From positions 1 to 17,546 of the forward strand of contig JBHGNT010000690.1 in the NCBI GenBank assembly GCA_043228905.1: 17,546 nucleotides of DNA. The letters run 5' to 3'. Under the pieces are notes generated by a model. The model saw nothing but the letters and a program-made list of their open reading frames with translations. It made no database searches and was not told the DNA's origin. A program made the position numbers and the translations under genes. Within the stretch, counting starts at the first letter, position 1, and each line of letters begins with the position of its first letter. Source of the DNA: Azolla caroliniana (Eukaryota; Plantae; Polypodiophyta). Positions 1-10,988 of this stretch are shown in pieces.

Positions 1-853
1 ACGAATTTACAATAAGCTCAAATGTTAAGGAAAACTAACAACATACTAGAGACGACAATGGAAACAAATTTAAATTAAACCCATCCACGATAATAGTTGC
101 AGCAAAGAGGTATGCAGGACACTAGCAATCATGTCATATCAACAACTTTGTATGTTCGGCATGGCGTCAATATTTGATTATGTATGTTTACATTGAAGAG
201 AATTTCTTCGGCCACATGATGAAGGATATGATTTCCACAATCCTCATTGTTTCCACTCGAAACAGCGTGCATGTGTACAGGTACGCATACACGTAATTTA
301 TTGTGAAACACACAAGCTTGATATCTTGATCCCTTGGTTAGGATGAATCCACATGTACCCTCCAAAACGAGACAAACAAAATATGTGTGGTCAAGGGACA
401 TTACAATTTAGCATGATCCATATACTAATAATGGGAGGCATGGTGGGTTAGAGGCAGATTGATCGAGCACGGTAACTTTGAAGAGATGCACGTGGTAAAA
501 GAGAGCAACTATGATGTAACTCTAGTGATTCCTTCCGCATCCTACTATTCTCGACAGACAATTTGGACTGTTATGAGTCATGCGGGACATGCATTCACAC
601 CATTTGCCTTCTTTACAACAGTTATTACAGAGAAGCATGAGTAGCATTACATACAACACCGGAGAAAGTCGGCCCAAAACTGGGGATATGAGTGACTAGA
701 TGAAATTATCGAGAGATAATAATAGTAAAAAACAGCTAGAAATGGAGGGTCCACTGACTCAAGAAACAAAAAAACAAAAAGCAAAGTATGAGAAGAGACC
801 AAAAGAAAAGAATAGAAAAACAAACTAAAGGAGAAGGAGAAGAGCAAAAAGCA

Positions 854-889
854 AAGAAGAAGAAGAAGAAGAAGAAGAAGAAGAAGAAG
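854..889. repeat. (AAG)12 microsatellite within an A/purine-rich tract (about 760-1110)
   Basis: Read directly from the sequence. Confidence 0.9.
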
Positions 890-1189
890 AGATGCTTTTC
901 TGCTTTTCTTGCTTTTTGGCGGAAAGGCAAAGGGAAAAGAAAAAGCGGAAAGCACAAAAAACAAAAAACAAAATAAAAAAGCACGAGGAATAATAAGAGA
1001 AAAAAAAAAAACAAAGGAGAAGAAGAAGGGAAAAAAGATAAAAAGAACAAAGGAAATGAAAATAGGAGGGCAGAAAAGCAAAACGCAAAAAGCAAAAAGC
1101 AAAGATGGGAATTTATGAATATTATTCTTTTTATTTTTTATTTTTTATTTAGAATTAAAGGGGGGGGGGGGAAAAAAAACAAATACGGA

Positions 1190-1196
1190 TATATAA
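1190..1196 (+). promoter_or_regulatory. Candidate TATA box of PDX1 (TATATAA); predicted leader exon about 1220-1300
   Basis: TATATAAG lies about 30 nt before a pyrimidine-rich, microsatellite-containing segment that ends in the splice donor at 1301. Confidence 0.5.
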
Positions 1197-1227
1197 GCGC
1201 AGAAGAATCGAAGCTTCAGTCTATCTT

Positions 1228-1271
1228 CCATAGCCATAGCCATAGCCATAGCCATCTTCATCTTCATCTTC
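1228..1271. repeat. (CCATAG)4 followed by (CATCTT)3 compound microsatellite in the predicted PDX1 leader
   Basis: Read directly from the sequence. Confidence 0.85.
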
Positions 1272-1300
1272 TGCAGCGGCAGAAGTAGCAGAAGCAGCAG

Positions 1301-2701
1301 GTCAGTATCTGTCTCTCTCTGTGTGTGTATAATATGATGCCTTTCTCCTGATCTTCTCCTGCTTGTCTGTTTCTCCCTGAATCACCTGCCAGAGATCAAG
1401 CTCTCTGTTTTGATATACCTCACTCACTATAGTAGGTGAAGAAACTGTTCTTGGTTTCTTCGACGAAGCCTTTTAATGCTGTTCTTTTCTTTTTTTGTTT
1501 TCCCTTTCGTTGATTCTGGATATGGCATGGCTTCCATTCTTTTCCTTTTCATTCTTCCTCTTCTGAGCCATGCCGTATACAGGCCTCTGTTTTAAGGCTT
1601 TCTCCTTCTTCCTCGGGAGACCTGTCTGCCTTATACATATTAGTGTTTCTTTCGGCTTCTTTTCCAAGAATCTATCTTCTGAAGCCTTTTCAGCTGTATA
1701 TTTAGGGCTTCTTCAGAGCTCTCGTTCGTGCTCTGAGGTTTGTCTGCTATAGATTTAGGCTTCTTTTGAGTTCCTCTTATTTCCTAGGCCTACCTGCCAC
1801 ATATTTAGGATTTTCTTTAGAATCTGATTGTCTTAGGTGTAGGAAAAGGTCCATTAATGTCCTATGTCCTACGCTCAGGTTTATCCTCTTGATATTCAGT
1901 GTTTTGACTTCTTGTAGAGTAGTTATAGAGTTGTCAGCTAACATGACTGACATGTCATGATCTCCTCAGGGTCTACATTTTTGTTTTCCTGAAAGGCATA
2001 AACTGTCTTATCGCATCTAATTTTTCCTGATCTAGTTTTTCTATTTATGTTTCTGCAAATAAAATCTTCATGCTTTGAATCAGGCAATTTTGAGTTCTTC
2101 CGTGTGTTTCACATAAAGTTTGTGAAAATAAATTTTTGTGTTTTGCATCGAGTAAATTTTCACTTTTGTTTTCTGTAGAATATTTTGTAACATCGTGTAC
2201 TATGTCAAGTATTTTTCTCACCCTTTTAAGAATTCCACTGGTTCATGTTGATGTTCTCGTGAAGGATTAGATGCATTCATCCTGAAGGTGTTTTTAGTAG
2301 CTCTTATTACTTGTGGAAACTCTAAAGATTTAGAAATGTGTAAAGCTGTGTCGCACTTTCATTGGGGTTTCTGTTGCTGCATAGGTTTCACTGCGAAATC
2401 TTGCATCATAGAGAATTCTGGTTCGTCCCGACGTTTTTAAAGAAGGGTCTAAATTGTAATACACTTTTGGTTGGGGTTTTCCTGTATTGCACAGTACTCA
2501 CCAGTAAAATCTGCATGCTACATTCTCTTACTCATGATATATTACTTGAAGTTTATGCTTTTTGCATGTCCTTAGTGGTAACCTAAAGTTTGCAAGTCTC
2601 TCTCTATATATCTATATTTAACAAATATTATGGATCACACTTCAGTATTTGTTCAACTGGTAGTGGTTACTGACATTAGAGTGCTTTTAAATTGTAAGCA
2701 G
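1301..2701 (+). other. Probable 5'UTR intron of PDX1 (1401 bp)
   Basis: Donor CAG|GTCAGT at 1300/1301, T-rich body, branch-like CTGAC at 2670-2674, and acceptor AAGCAG ending at 2701, 2 nt before the ATG. Confidence 0.7.
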
Positions 2702-2703
2702 TG

Positions 2704-3633
2704 ATGGCAAGCGATGGAGTAGTTACGGTCTATGGCAATGGTGCGATTTCGGACCCAAAGAAATCGTCATACGCAGTGAAGGTTGGATTGGCTCAGATGC
2801 TGAGGGGTGGAGTGATCATGGACGTTGTAAATGTTGAACAAGCACGTATTGCAGAAGAAGCAGGAGCTGCAGCTGTTATGGCTCTTGAGCGTGTTCCGGC
2901 AGACATAAGGGCTGAAGGTGGAGTCGCACGCATGAGTGACCCTGGCTTAATCAAGGAAATCAAGAATGCTGTAACTATCCCTGTTATGGCTAAAGCTAGG
3001 ATAGGTCACTTTGTTGAAGCCCAGGTTCTCGAAGCCATCGGTGTCGATTATATTGATGAGAGTGAAGTTCTTACTCCCGCCGACGACGTGAATCATACCA
3101 ACAAGCATAACTTCAGGATTCCTTTCGTCTGTGGATGTAGGAACTTAGGCGAAGCTCTACGAAGGATCGCTGAAGGTGCAGCGATGATTCGAACCAAAGG
3201 AGAGGCTGGAACTGGTAACGTGGTCGAAGCGGTGAGGCATGTGAGGTCAGTGCTAGGAGAAATTAGGAAGCTTCAGAGCTTAGATGACGATGAGGTGTTC
3301 ACGTTTGCGAAGGAAATCGCGGCTCCTTATGAACTTGTGAGGCAAACCAAGCAACTTGGCCGCCTCCCGGTAGTGAATTTTGCTGCTGGGGGTGTTGCCA
3401 CCCCTGCGGATGCTGCCATGATGATGCAACTTGGTTGTGATGGCGTCTTTGTCGGATCAGGAATCTTTAAGAGTGGGAATCCTTCTCAACGTGCAAGAGC
3501 CATTGTCTCAGCTGTCACTCACTTTAATGATCCTAGTGTTATAGCAGATGTTAGCTGTGGGTTGGGTGAAGCTATGGTCGGCATTAACCTCAGCGATAAG
3601 AAAGTAGAGCGCTTTGCAGCCAGATCGGAGTAG
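2704..3633 (+). CDS. PDX1: Pyridoxal 5'-phosphate synthase subunit PDX1 (SNZ/PdxS family), 309 aa, intronless CDS
   Basis: Translation has the family motifs [51 protein letters not shown] and [18 protein letters not shown]. Both catalytic lysines (MAK, RTK) and the MDV aspartate are present, so it is a catalytic type rather than a PDX1.2-like pseudoenzyme. The likely start is ATG 2704, because the GTG at 2701 overlaps the splice acceptor. Confidence 0.97.
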   Translation: MASDGVVTVYGNGAISDPKKSSYAVKVGLAQMLRGGVIMDVVNVEQARIAEEAGAAAVMALERVPADIRAEGGVARMSDPGLIKEIKNAVTIPVMAKARIGHFVEAQVLEAIGVDYIDESEVLTPADDVNHTNKHNFRIPFVCGCRNLGEALRRIAEGAAMIRTKGEAGTGNVVEAVRHVRSVLGEIRKLQSLDDDEVFTFAKEIAAPYELVRQTKQLGRLPVVNFAAGGVATPADAAMMMQLGCDGVFVGSGIFKSGNPSQRARAIVSAVTHFNDPSVIADVSCGLGEAMVGINLSDKKVERFAARSE

Positions 3634-4678
3634 CTCTTTTTCTTCCATTTGTTTGCGCAACAAAACCTCTGTAAACCTCTGTTTGCGGTGATTTTGGGTT
3701 TGAGGAAGTGGGTCTTTTCGTTGAAGTCAAATTTCTGGCTCAACAAGAGGGGACATTGGACATGCTGACAAAACTCTGATTGTTCAACAATCAAGAGGGA
3801 CACTGGATTTGTGTACTTTTGTTGCCTCTCAACATTGCATTGCTCTCAAAGTACTAAAGCTTTTCAACAAACTATATTTCCTATATTTACTGCATTGCAT
3901 TGCATTGCGTAACTTCATATCTATTTACTCCAGTTCAAAAAAAAAAGCTCTAACAAGGCGTCTCTTGTATGAATCAAGAAGCTGTATTTCTTAAATGTAT
4001 TGCATTGCTTGACCTTTTATTGCTTTCCCTTGAATTAGAAAATTGCTTTAACATGGTGTTATCTCTTGTATTTACAAGCGATTTGAGTGTTGTCCAGGTG
4101 TTTGTCTTAAAATGTGGTGTTAATTGTGGTAATGACTGTTTAATTGTTAGCACTACCAATGGTATGTGTTGAAACTGATGAAAGTATTTACTTGATATGA
4201 TTTGTATGGATATGTTTCTACACAAATCTGGTGATAAGGGTTTGGATATGTGGGGTTGGCATTGTTTTAACGAATGGTGCAAATAATAGGAGACTTTGTG
4301 ATCTCTGAGTTTGAGTGAAGCAAAGAATGGTGGAGGGTTTTTACCATTTTCCTTGTGATCTTCATATCTGATTGATTGGAAGTTACCCGTTATAGTGGGA
4401 TTAGTGTGAAGTATATCTCATTAGTGAAAGCAAATTGAGGGAGATAGATTAATGACGTAACGAGTTAGAAATGGTGTACGAGACCAAATAAAGAGTGTGC
4501 ATCTTTAATTGCTGTCTCATCTTTGAGAACAGTGAACTGAAATAATAAATTATAACTCAACTTAGGTACTAGATAGTCATCTTAGCTAAGCACTTGGTTT
4601 TCTAAACTTAGATGAAGCGAAAAACTTTTGCATCTGAAATTTCTCCAACTTTTGCACCTCTTTGGAGAGAGTGACACA

Positions 4679-5002
4679 CCTTTGAGGTAGGGTGATAATG
4701 GCTTGGCCTATTGTCAAAATAACTATTGTTACTACATTTCTTTATTGGGGATAGAATTGATAGCTACAAAATGGATTGTGGGAGTGCCTTTGAGGTAGGG
4801 TGATAATGGCATGGCCTATTGTCAAAATAACTATTGTTACTACATTTCTTTATTGGGGATAGAATTGATAGCTACAAAATGGATTGTGGGAGTGCCTTTG
4901 AGGTAGGGTGATAATGGCATGGCCTATTGTCAAAATAACTATTGTTACTACATTTCTTTATTGGGGGTAGAATTGATAGCTTCAAAATGGATTGTGTGAG
5001 TT
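4679..5002. repeat. Tandem repeat, 3 x 108 bp
   Basis: Units start CCTTTGAGGTAGGGTGATAATGGC at 4679, 4787 and 4895. Copies 1 and 2 differ at 1 site; copy 3 differs at about 4 sites. Confidence 0.95.
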
Positions 5003-5309
5003 TTGGTAGCACTCTTTAATATTATGTGAGTTTGGTAAACAACCAATGCCCCCACAAATTTGATATTTCTCTAAAATTAGCTGTAATCCAATGCATTCAG
5101 TGTTTGGAAAGTTTTTTGATAAAAAACTTTGAAGCCAATTGGTCCTAATTTGATTGATGATTCGATGGTTCATACTCAATAATTGGTAATCAATAGATTG
5201 GGCATGGTCCACACAAGATACAAATTCGAAAACAATGGAATATTTATTTAATCGGTTTCTTTATCAATTTTCTCTTTTAACTTTCAAACAATACAACCCA
5301 TAACTATCA

Positions 5310-5455
5310 ATCAATGATACACAAACTTTAATTTGATAAATGATACACAAACCTTAACTTGATCAATGATGTTGCAATCCTTAACTTTTGATCAATGATA
5401 CACAAACCTCAACTATTGATCAATGATACACAAACTTAATTTTCGATCAACGATG
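5310..5455. repeat. Minisatellite, about 5.5 x 26-29 bp (ATCAATGATACACAAACYTTAAYTTG)
   Basis: Units start at about 5310, 5336, 5362, 5391, 5419 and 5446. Confidence 0.85.
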
Positions 5456-7161
5456 TCAAAATCAATAAACTGAATTCATACATCATGAATAACACATTTA
5501 TTGAATTTGAAGTGATTGTAACCATGGGATTCTTTGGATGGTAAGACATTCGAAACATCATTAGTGCAAAACACTTGACAAATAAACACATTATGCTTTA
5601 AGCACATCACATGGATAGGAATTTCTATTGATTGTGAGAGGATTAGAATGTGCATCTCCTAGAAATGTAGAGAAAGTATGTTTAATACTAGAAACACTCT
5701 CGAAGAAGACATTATCTGCTACACGACATACTCAAGCATACATGACACCATCAATTTGGACCTTTTAATTTCTATTGTGTGCCTAAAAAATGTCAAACAA
5801 TAGATGTTGGGCGTTTGGAAAATAAATATATCTTTTCATTCTCATTCCAATTGGTTTTATGTGGTTAATTTGTCGGGGAGAAAATGCATGAATATTGTGC
5901 AAGAAGAGCTATTTGATGTGGCAAAAAGGTGATGTGACATCATTAGCCAACACAACTGAGAAATTTGAGGAAAATGATTGGGAATCGAATTGAGAGTCTC
6001 CCATTGCAACGATATTTGCATATGTATGTATGTATGAGCAAAAACATCATGTGTGTGCATTTACAAATTTAGGTACTGACGTATGTACATGTTCATGTAC
6101 TTGTATGTGAATGTGTTCACGTGTGGGACATGAGTATAATAGGTGTATCCCATACTTCAACTTTCTAAATAGAATATTCAATAGTTAAGAAGTTGCTCAA
6201 CTCTCAAAGGAATCCATTCGCAATGAATTATTTTCTGCATGCATACAAGTTTGGGAACTAGACAAAACATTCTTTGAAATTTCGAACCCTCTTGTATAAA
6301 AATAGCGAGTGGTAGATGACTAAAGTTCATACACGAGTTTGGAAACTAAACGAACATTTTTTTTTTGATTTTTCAACATCTCAAAGGACTACTTTTATCT
6401 ACGACCAGCACACAAACAAAACGTTTGGTTTGATGACAAGAATTCCAAGTCTAACACCTTGATGCGGACATTAGAATAGATGGACATGAGACTTTGAAGT
6501 TTCCAGAAATCCTTAGGAATGAATGGTCAATATAAAGATAATATAACTAACAACTTTTGAATTGTATGATGCCAACCCACATTTATGTTGTCATCATAAA
6601 TTATAGCACCTCGATTGCTCTGTTGAGCATTCAAATTAGGTAAACAAGGCCAAAATATAACAGGTTGTTCATGACATGAAGCAACAACATATTCCCATCC
6701 ACACAAAGCAACAACCAACAAACCCCCAAGTTCCAAACCTCCGAGGAAGTGTCAACTCACAATCGGCTATATATACACACAACTATGTATGCCTTCTTTA
6801 CCTATTTCACAATCCTCTAATGTTGCCGATTTGCCATTTAGGGAGTTGCACTAACGTGTCTTCCATGACATGCACAAATCACATCCAACGAGTAATGCCA
6901 AATCGACAAACATACCATCGACCCATGCATGCTTCCATTTAGAGTGGAAGCAGGGTTGTTGGACAATGATGGGACCAAGAGTTCTTCTCATTGACACCAT
7001 CCTTACCGGATGAAATGCGGGTCGACACTAAAGGCCGGTTCTATGTTTGAGCTATATCCTATACAAAAGAGCAAGGGTGTAAGTGTGAATTGATCATTCG
7101 TAGGCTCGACAAAGGCGTCTATCTGGTCCGATCCGATTCAATCTCTTGTGGAGACTACGAC

Positions 7162-7163
<2 letters not shown>

Positions 7164-7222
<59 letters not shown>

Positions 7223-7289
7223 TCTCTCTCTCTCTTTCTCCCTCCCTCTCTCTCTCTCACATACACACACACACATACACACACACACA
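7164..7289. repeat. Compound (CT)n-(CA)n microsatellite upstream of the PUB gene
   Basis: About 95 bp CT tract followed by an interrupted CA tract of about 30 bp. Confidence 0.92.
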
Positions 7290-7373
7290 TGGAAGAGTGA
7301 AGATTATTAAGAAATTGTCAATTGGGTGGTAGTTGTAACTTGTAAAATGTGAGCACTCTAAATATAGAGCAGA

Positions 7374-7473
7374 AAACAGAGGTAAAAAAAACAGAGGAAG
7401 AAAACAGAGACAAAAAACAGAGGAAAAAAAAAACAGAGGAAGAAAACAGAGACAAAAAAAAACAGAGGAAGAA
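7374..7473. repeat. A-rich tandem units AAAACAGAG(G/A), including a duplicated AAAACAGAGGAAGAAAACAGAGACAAAAAA
   Basis: Read directly from the sequence. Confidence 0.75.
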
Positions 7474-7517
7474 GAAGGACTACAAAGGCTTTCGGAAAAA
7501 TTCCTGCAAGTACTCGA

Positions 7518-7559
7518 CATCGCCATCGCCATCGCCATCGCCATCGCCATCGCCATCGC
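7518..7559. repeat. (CATCGC)7 microsatellite
   Basis: Seven perfect copies. Confidence 0.92.
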
Positions 7560-7569
7560 TCACAGAAAG

Positions 7570-7575
7570 GTCGGT
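7570..7575 (+). promoter_or_regulatory. Candidate 5'UTR intron donor of the PUB gene (acceptor uncertain: AG ending at 7716, 8441 or 8458)
   Basis: AAG|GTCGGT follows a (CATCGC)7 tract and precedes CT-rich, intron-like sequence, the same layout as the PDX1 leader. Confidence 0.4.
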
Positions 7576-8504
7576 CCGCCGCCTGTCTTTCTTCCTTCCC
7601 TTCTATACATTCCATTCTGTGAAACTCCTTTATATATTCTGCCTCCCTTTCTCCTTCTCCTTCTCCGACTCTCTGTCTCCCTTTCTGTGTATGTATATCG
7701 AGCAATTCATCTGCAGAAAGGTAACCGTCTTGCAAACATGTGCAGAAGAGAAACTATCTTAGCAAACATCTGTAGAGAGTAAGTCTTCTTTGCAAGAATC
7801 TGCAGAGAATAACTCTTCGTTTGCAACCATCCGCAGGAAAGAAACAAGCACCTGAAGAAAAGAAAGCATCTCTGCAAAACCGTGGAGGAAAATTCAACCA
7901 CCTTGGGCGAAGCTCTGCTCTGATAGTACCCATCTTGCGAAACTGTGGCGAAAATAATTATGTCGCGAATCTTTGTTCCTTTACGCAGAGAAAGAAATAA
8001 CCTTGCAGAATTGTGCAGAAACCCGAAGCAGATCTTAGCCAACTTGAAACAGGTGTATACATTGTAGCAATACTGGTTTCCCATGGAAGTTTTCATGTGT
8101 ATACATGCGTAACGAGAATTTCCGATTTCTTCGGCACACTATATCAAGCCTTTTGGAAAAGCCCAGTTTCAGTTGAGAATCAGAGAGGAATTTCGAGAAA
8201 AAGATTTACAAAGTTAAAGAAGAAGAAGAATACAAGAAGAAGAATCCAAGCAGGAGAACCTTAGAAGAAGAAGAAGAATCTAAGACATCATACAAGTGTC
8301 CCTGGGAAGTATCCTTAAGAAGAAGAGGAGGAGTAGGACATACTAAAATGAGTGATTTTGCAAAGACAATCAGTCATAGGCACAGCAGCTTAACCAAGAA
8401 GAAGGTATCACACATCATAGAAGTTGTGATTTCTTCATTAGACTTTTGACGAGAACAGTTTGTCTTCCCTTTTGCTTGGGGGCTATTTCCCTTCTATTAT
8501 CAAT

Positions 8505-10988
8505 ATGGAGGGACAAAATCAAAGTATTTCACTCCTTGAGTCTATATGGCATAATGCCAACCAGATAGTTGGAGCAAAAGGTTTTCCTTCTAGCCATAAG
8601 AGAGTCTGTGTTGACCTGATTCGCAGAGTTAAGCTCATTCTGCCATTTCTTGAAGAGGTTCGAGAATCTCAAGATTCCTCGTTGCAAGAAGCTTCCATTT
8701 CTGCTTTCTATGCCCTCGAAAAAGCTCTATGCTCTGCCCTTCGTTTACTTCAGTTTTGCAAAGACGGCAGCAAATTATATCTGGTTTGGCTCTTTCCAAC
8801 TTTTGAGTTTAATTTTCATCCATATGTGCTAAATTCTCAAACATTTTAATTTGCTTCGTATGCCCACATAAAGTTTGATTTCAATGTCAGTTGATTCGCA
8901 TACACTTGCTTTGTTCCATTTGTACACATGGAATGACTTCCATTATCTGATGTTGATACATATCACAAATATAGAGCATCTGCTCAAAAAGCAAGTTTTG
9001 GTGTTTTTGTTTGGTCTCTTTTCCTTAGGTTTTGGAGAGGGGAGTTATTGCAAACAGACTCTATGAAGTGACTGATGCAATGGATAAAGCTTTAGACCAA
9101 ATGCCAACCAAATGTTTAGAACTCTCATTAGAGGTTCAGGAGCAGGTGAATTTCTTATGCTTGCAACTTTAGTCTGTAAACAGCCTGTAATTTCGACGGA
9201 AATGGGATTCTTAGCCTATGATTTATGCAAAATGTTACAGATTGAGCTTGTCCATGCCCAACTGAAACGAGCAAAAGGAAGATCAGACACACACGACATG
9301 GAACTATTTATGGATGCAATGCTAGCCATTTCAGAGAAGGATGACACAAAAGCTCTCTGTCAAGTTGCTGAAAAGCTTCAGCTTAAAAGTCCTTCACAAC
9401 TAAAAACTGAAGCTCATGCTGTACAAAACTTGATTAAGGAGAGGAATGGGGTTGTTGATGAAAGCCTTAAACAGATTTTGGGTTTACTGAGGAGACTTAC
9501 TCTTTTAATTAATGAAGCTGATACTGAATTAGATAGTTTGGAACTTGAGAAGCTTTCATTCTATGATGTAGCTGATGGTGAAAATCCACAATCACCTGTT
9601 GTACCTAATGATTTCCGGTGCCCAATATCCTTGGAGCTCATGAAAGATCCAGTCATAGTTGCGACGGGGCAGGTTAGCTACTTATGATTATGATTATGAT
9701 TTTCCTGATATCTATAGAAAAGATTATTCTTGTAATATGTTTAACAGTGTTTTACATGCTTATGCCAGAATTTATATGTCAAAATGTGATTTCTGGGCTT
9801 GTGCAAGAGACTTGATATGATTTTCTGTACTTAGAGCCTTTGTTTTGAAATGTGTGTTTAAATGTGCTACTGCTGCTGCTTGCATAAGACTTTTTTGTAT
9901 GTCTTCTGGTGCAGACTTATGAGAGATCGAGTATCCAAAAATGGTTAGAAGGACATAAGACTTGTCCTAAGACTGGGGAGGTTCTCCCACATACAGTGTT
10001 AACTCCTAATTTTGCACTGAGAAGTCTCATCATTGAGTGGTGTGAAGCTAATGGAATTGAAGTCCCAAAAAGAGCATGTCTGAATCGAGGTAATAAGACT
10101 TCTTTGGTGCTATCTTCCAAAGATGGCATCTCTTTGGATATGCTTATTGAGCATTTATGCAGTGGTCAATTAGAATTACAGAGGGTTGCAGCTGAAGAGA
10201 TAAGATCACTAGCAAAACAAAATGCTGATAATAGAGTGTGTATAGCAGAAGCGGGTGCTATTCCACTTCTAGTGAATCTCCTCTCAACTGAAGATTCTCG
10301 CACTCAGGAACATGCTGTTACTGCGTTGCTTAACTTGTCAATTTATGAAGGAAATAAAAGAGCTATAGTGAGAGCTGGGGCTATCCCACACATTGTTGGA
10401 GTTTTAAAGTATGGAAACATGGAAGCAAGAGAAAATGCTGCAGCTACTCTCTTCAGTCTATCTGTGATGGATGAAAACAAGATGATGATTGGAGCGGCTG
10501 GAGCTATTCCTCCACTGGTAGACCTATTGAGAGATGGGAACCCTCAAGGAAGGAAAGATGCTGCAACTGCTCTGTTTAACCTAGCAATTTATCAAGGGAA
10601 CAAGCGAAGAGCTATTAGAGCTGGAATAATCGATCCTTTAATGAGGCTAATGGTTGATCTCACTGCCGGAATGAGAGATGAAGCATTAGCTATTCTTGCT
10701 ATCCTCGTCACCCACCAAGAAGGAAGAGTTGCTATTGGCAATGCTTCAGCAGTGCCAGTATTAGTGGATATAATAAAGAATGGCTCATCACGCAATAAGG
10801 AGAATGCTGCCTCAGTTCTTTTAGCATTGAGTTCTAGTGATATAAGTCATTTAATGGAAGCTCAAGAGCTTGGAGTAGAAGGCCCTCTCATTGAGCTTGT
10901 TCATTCTGGAACTGCGAGGGCAAGACGGAAGGCATCTAGTCTTCTAGAACGGTTAAACAAGCAAAATGAAGATTTAAGAAGTTCATGA
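8505..10988 (+). CDS. Plant U-box/ARM-repeat E3 ubiquitin ligase (PUB13/PUB14/SPL11-like), join(8505..8783,9029..9145,9241..9672,9915..10988), 633 aa
   Basis: Three phase-0 GT-AG introns join exons of 279, 117, 432 and 1074 nt in frame. It has an N-terminal UND-like region ([14 protein letters not shown]...GSKLYL|VLER...EVQEQ|IELVHAQL), a U-box ([23 protein letters not shown]|[10 protein letters not shown]...TCPKT...[11 protein letters not shown]) and ARM repeats ([52 protein letters not shown]). The exact orthologue cannot be assigned. Confidence 0.93.

Noticed and set aside
129-644. Short ORFs at the window start
   Set aside because: No recognisable domain or supporting gene structure.
647-1118. 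Several Lys-rich or Phe/Leu-rich ORFs on both strands
   Set aside because: By-products of A-rich and (AAG)n low-complexity sequence that lacks stop codons.
2701-3633. Intronless PDX1 with a GTG start as a sign of bacterial origin or contamination
   Set aside because: The N-terminus ([11 protein letters not shown]) is plant-type, plant PDX1 CDSs are normally intronless, and the GTG overlaps a splice acceptor.
5310-5455. CRISPR-like appearance of short repeats (also 10965-11402)
   Set aside because: Units are head-to-tail or irregular and degenerate, with no constant-length unique spacers, no cas genes, and a eukaryotic context.
7090-7762. ORFs with SLSL, ERER, MAMA, SPSP and WRWR runs
   Set aside because: Translations of the CT, CA and CATCGC microsatellites.
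8460-9914. ORF-track starts at 8460, 9112 and 9909 as separate genes
   Set aside because: They are exons of one spliced PUB gene, extended into UTR or intron sequence.
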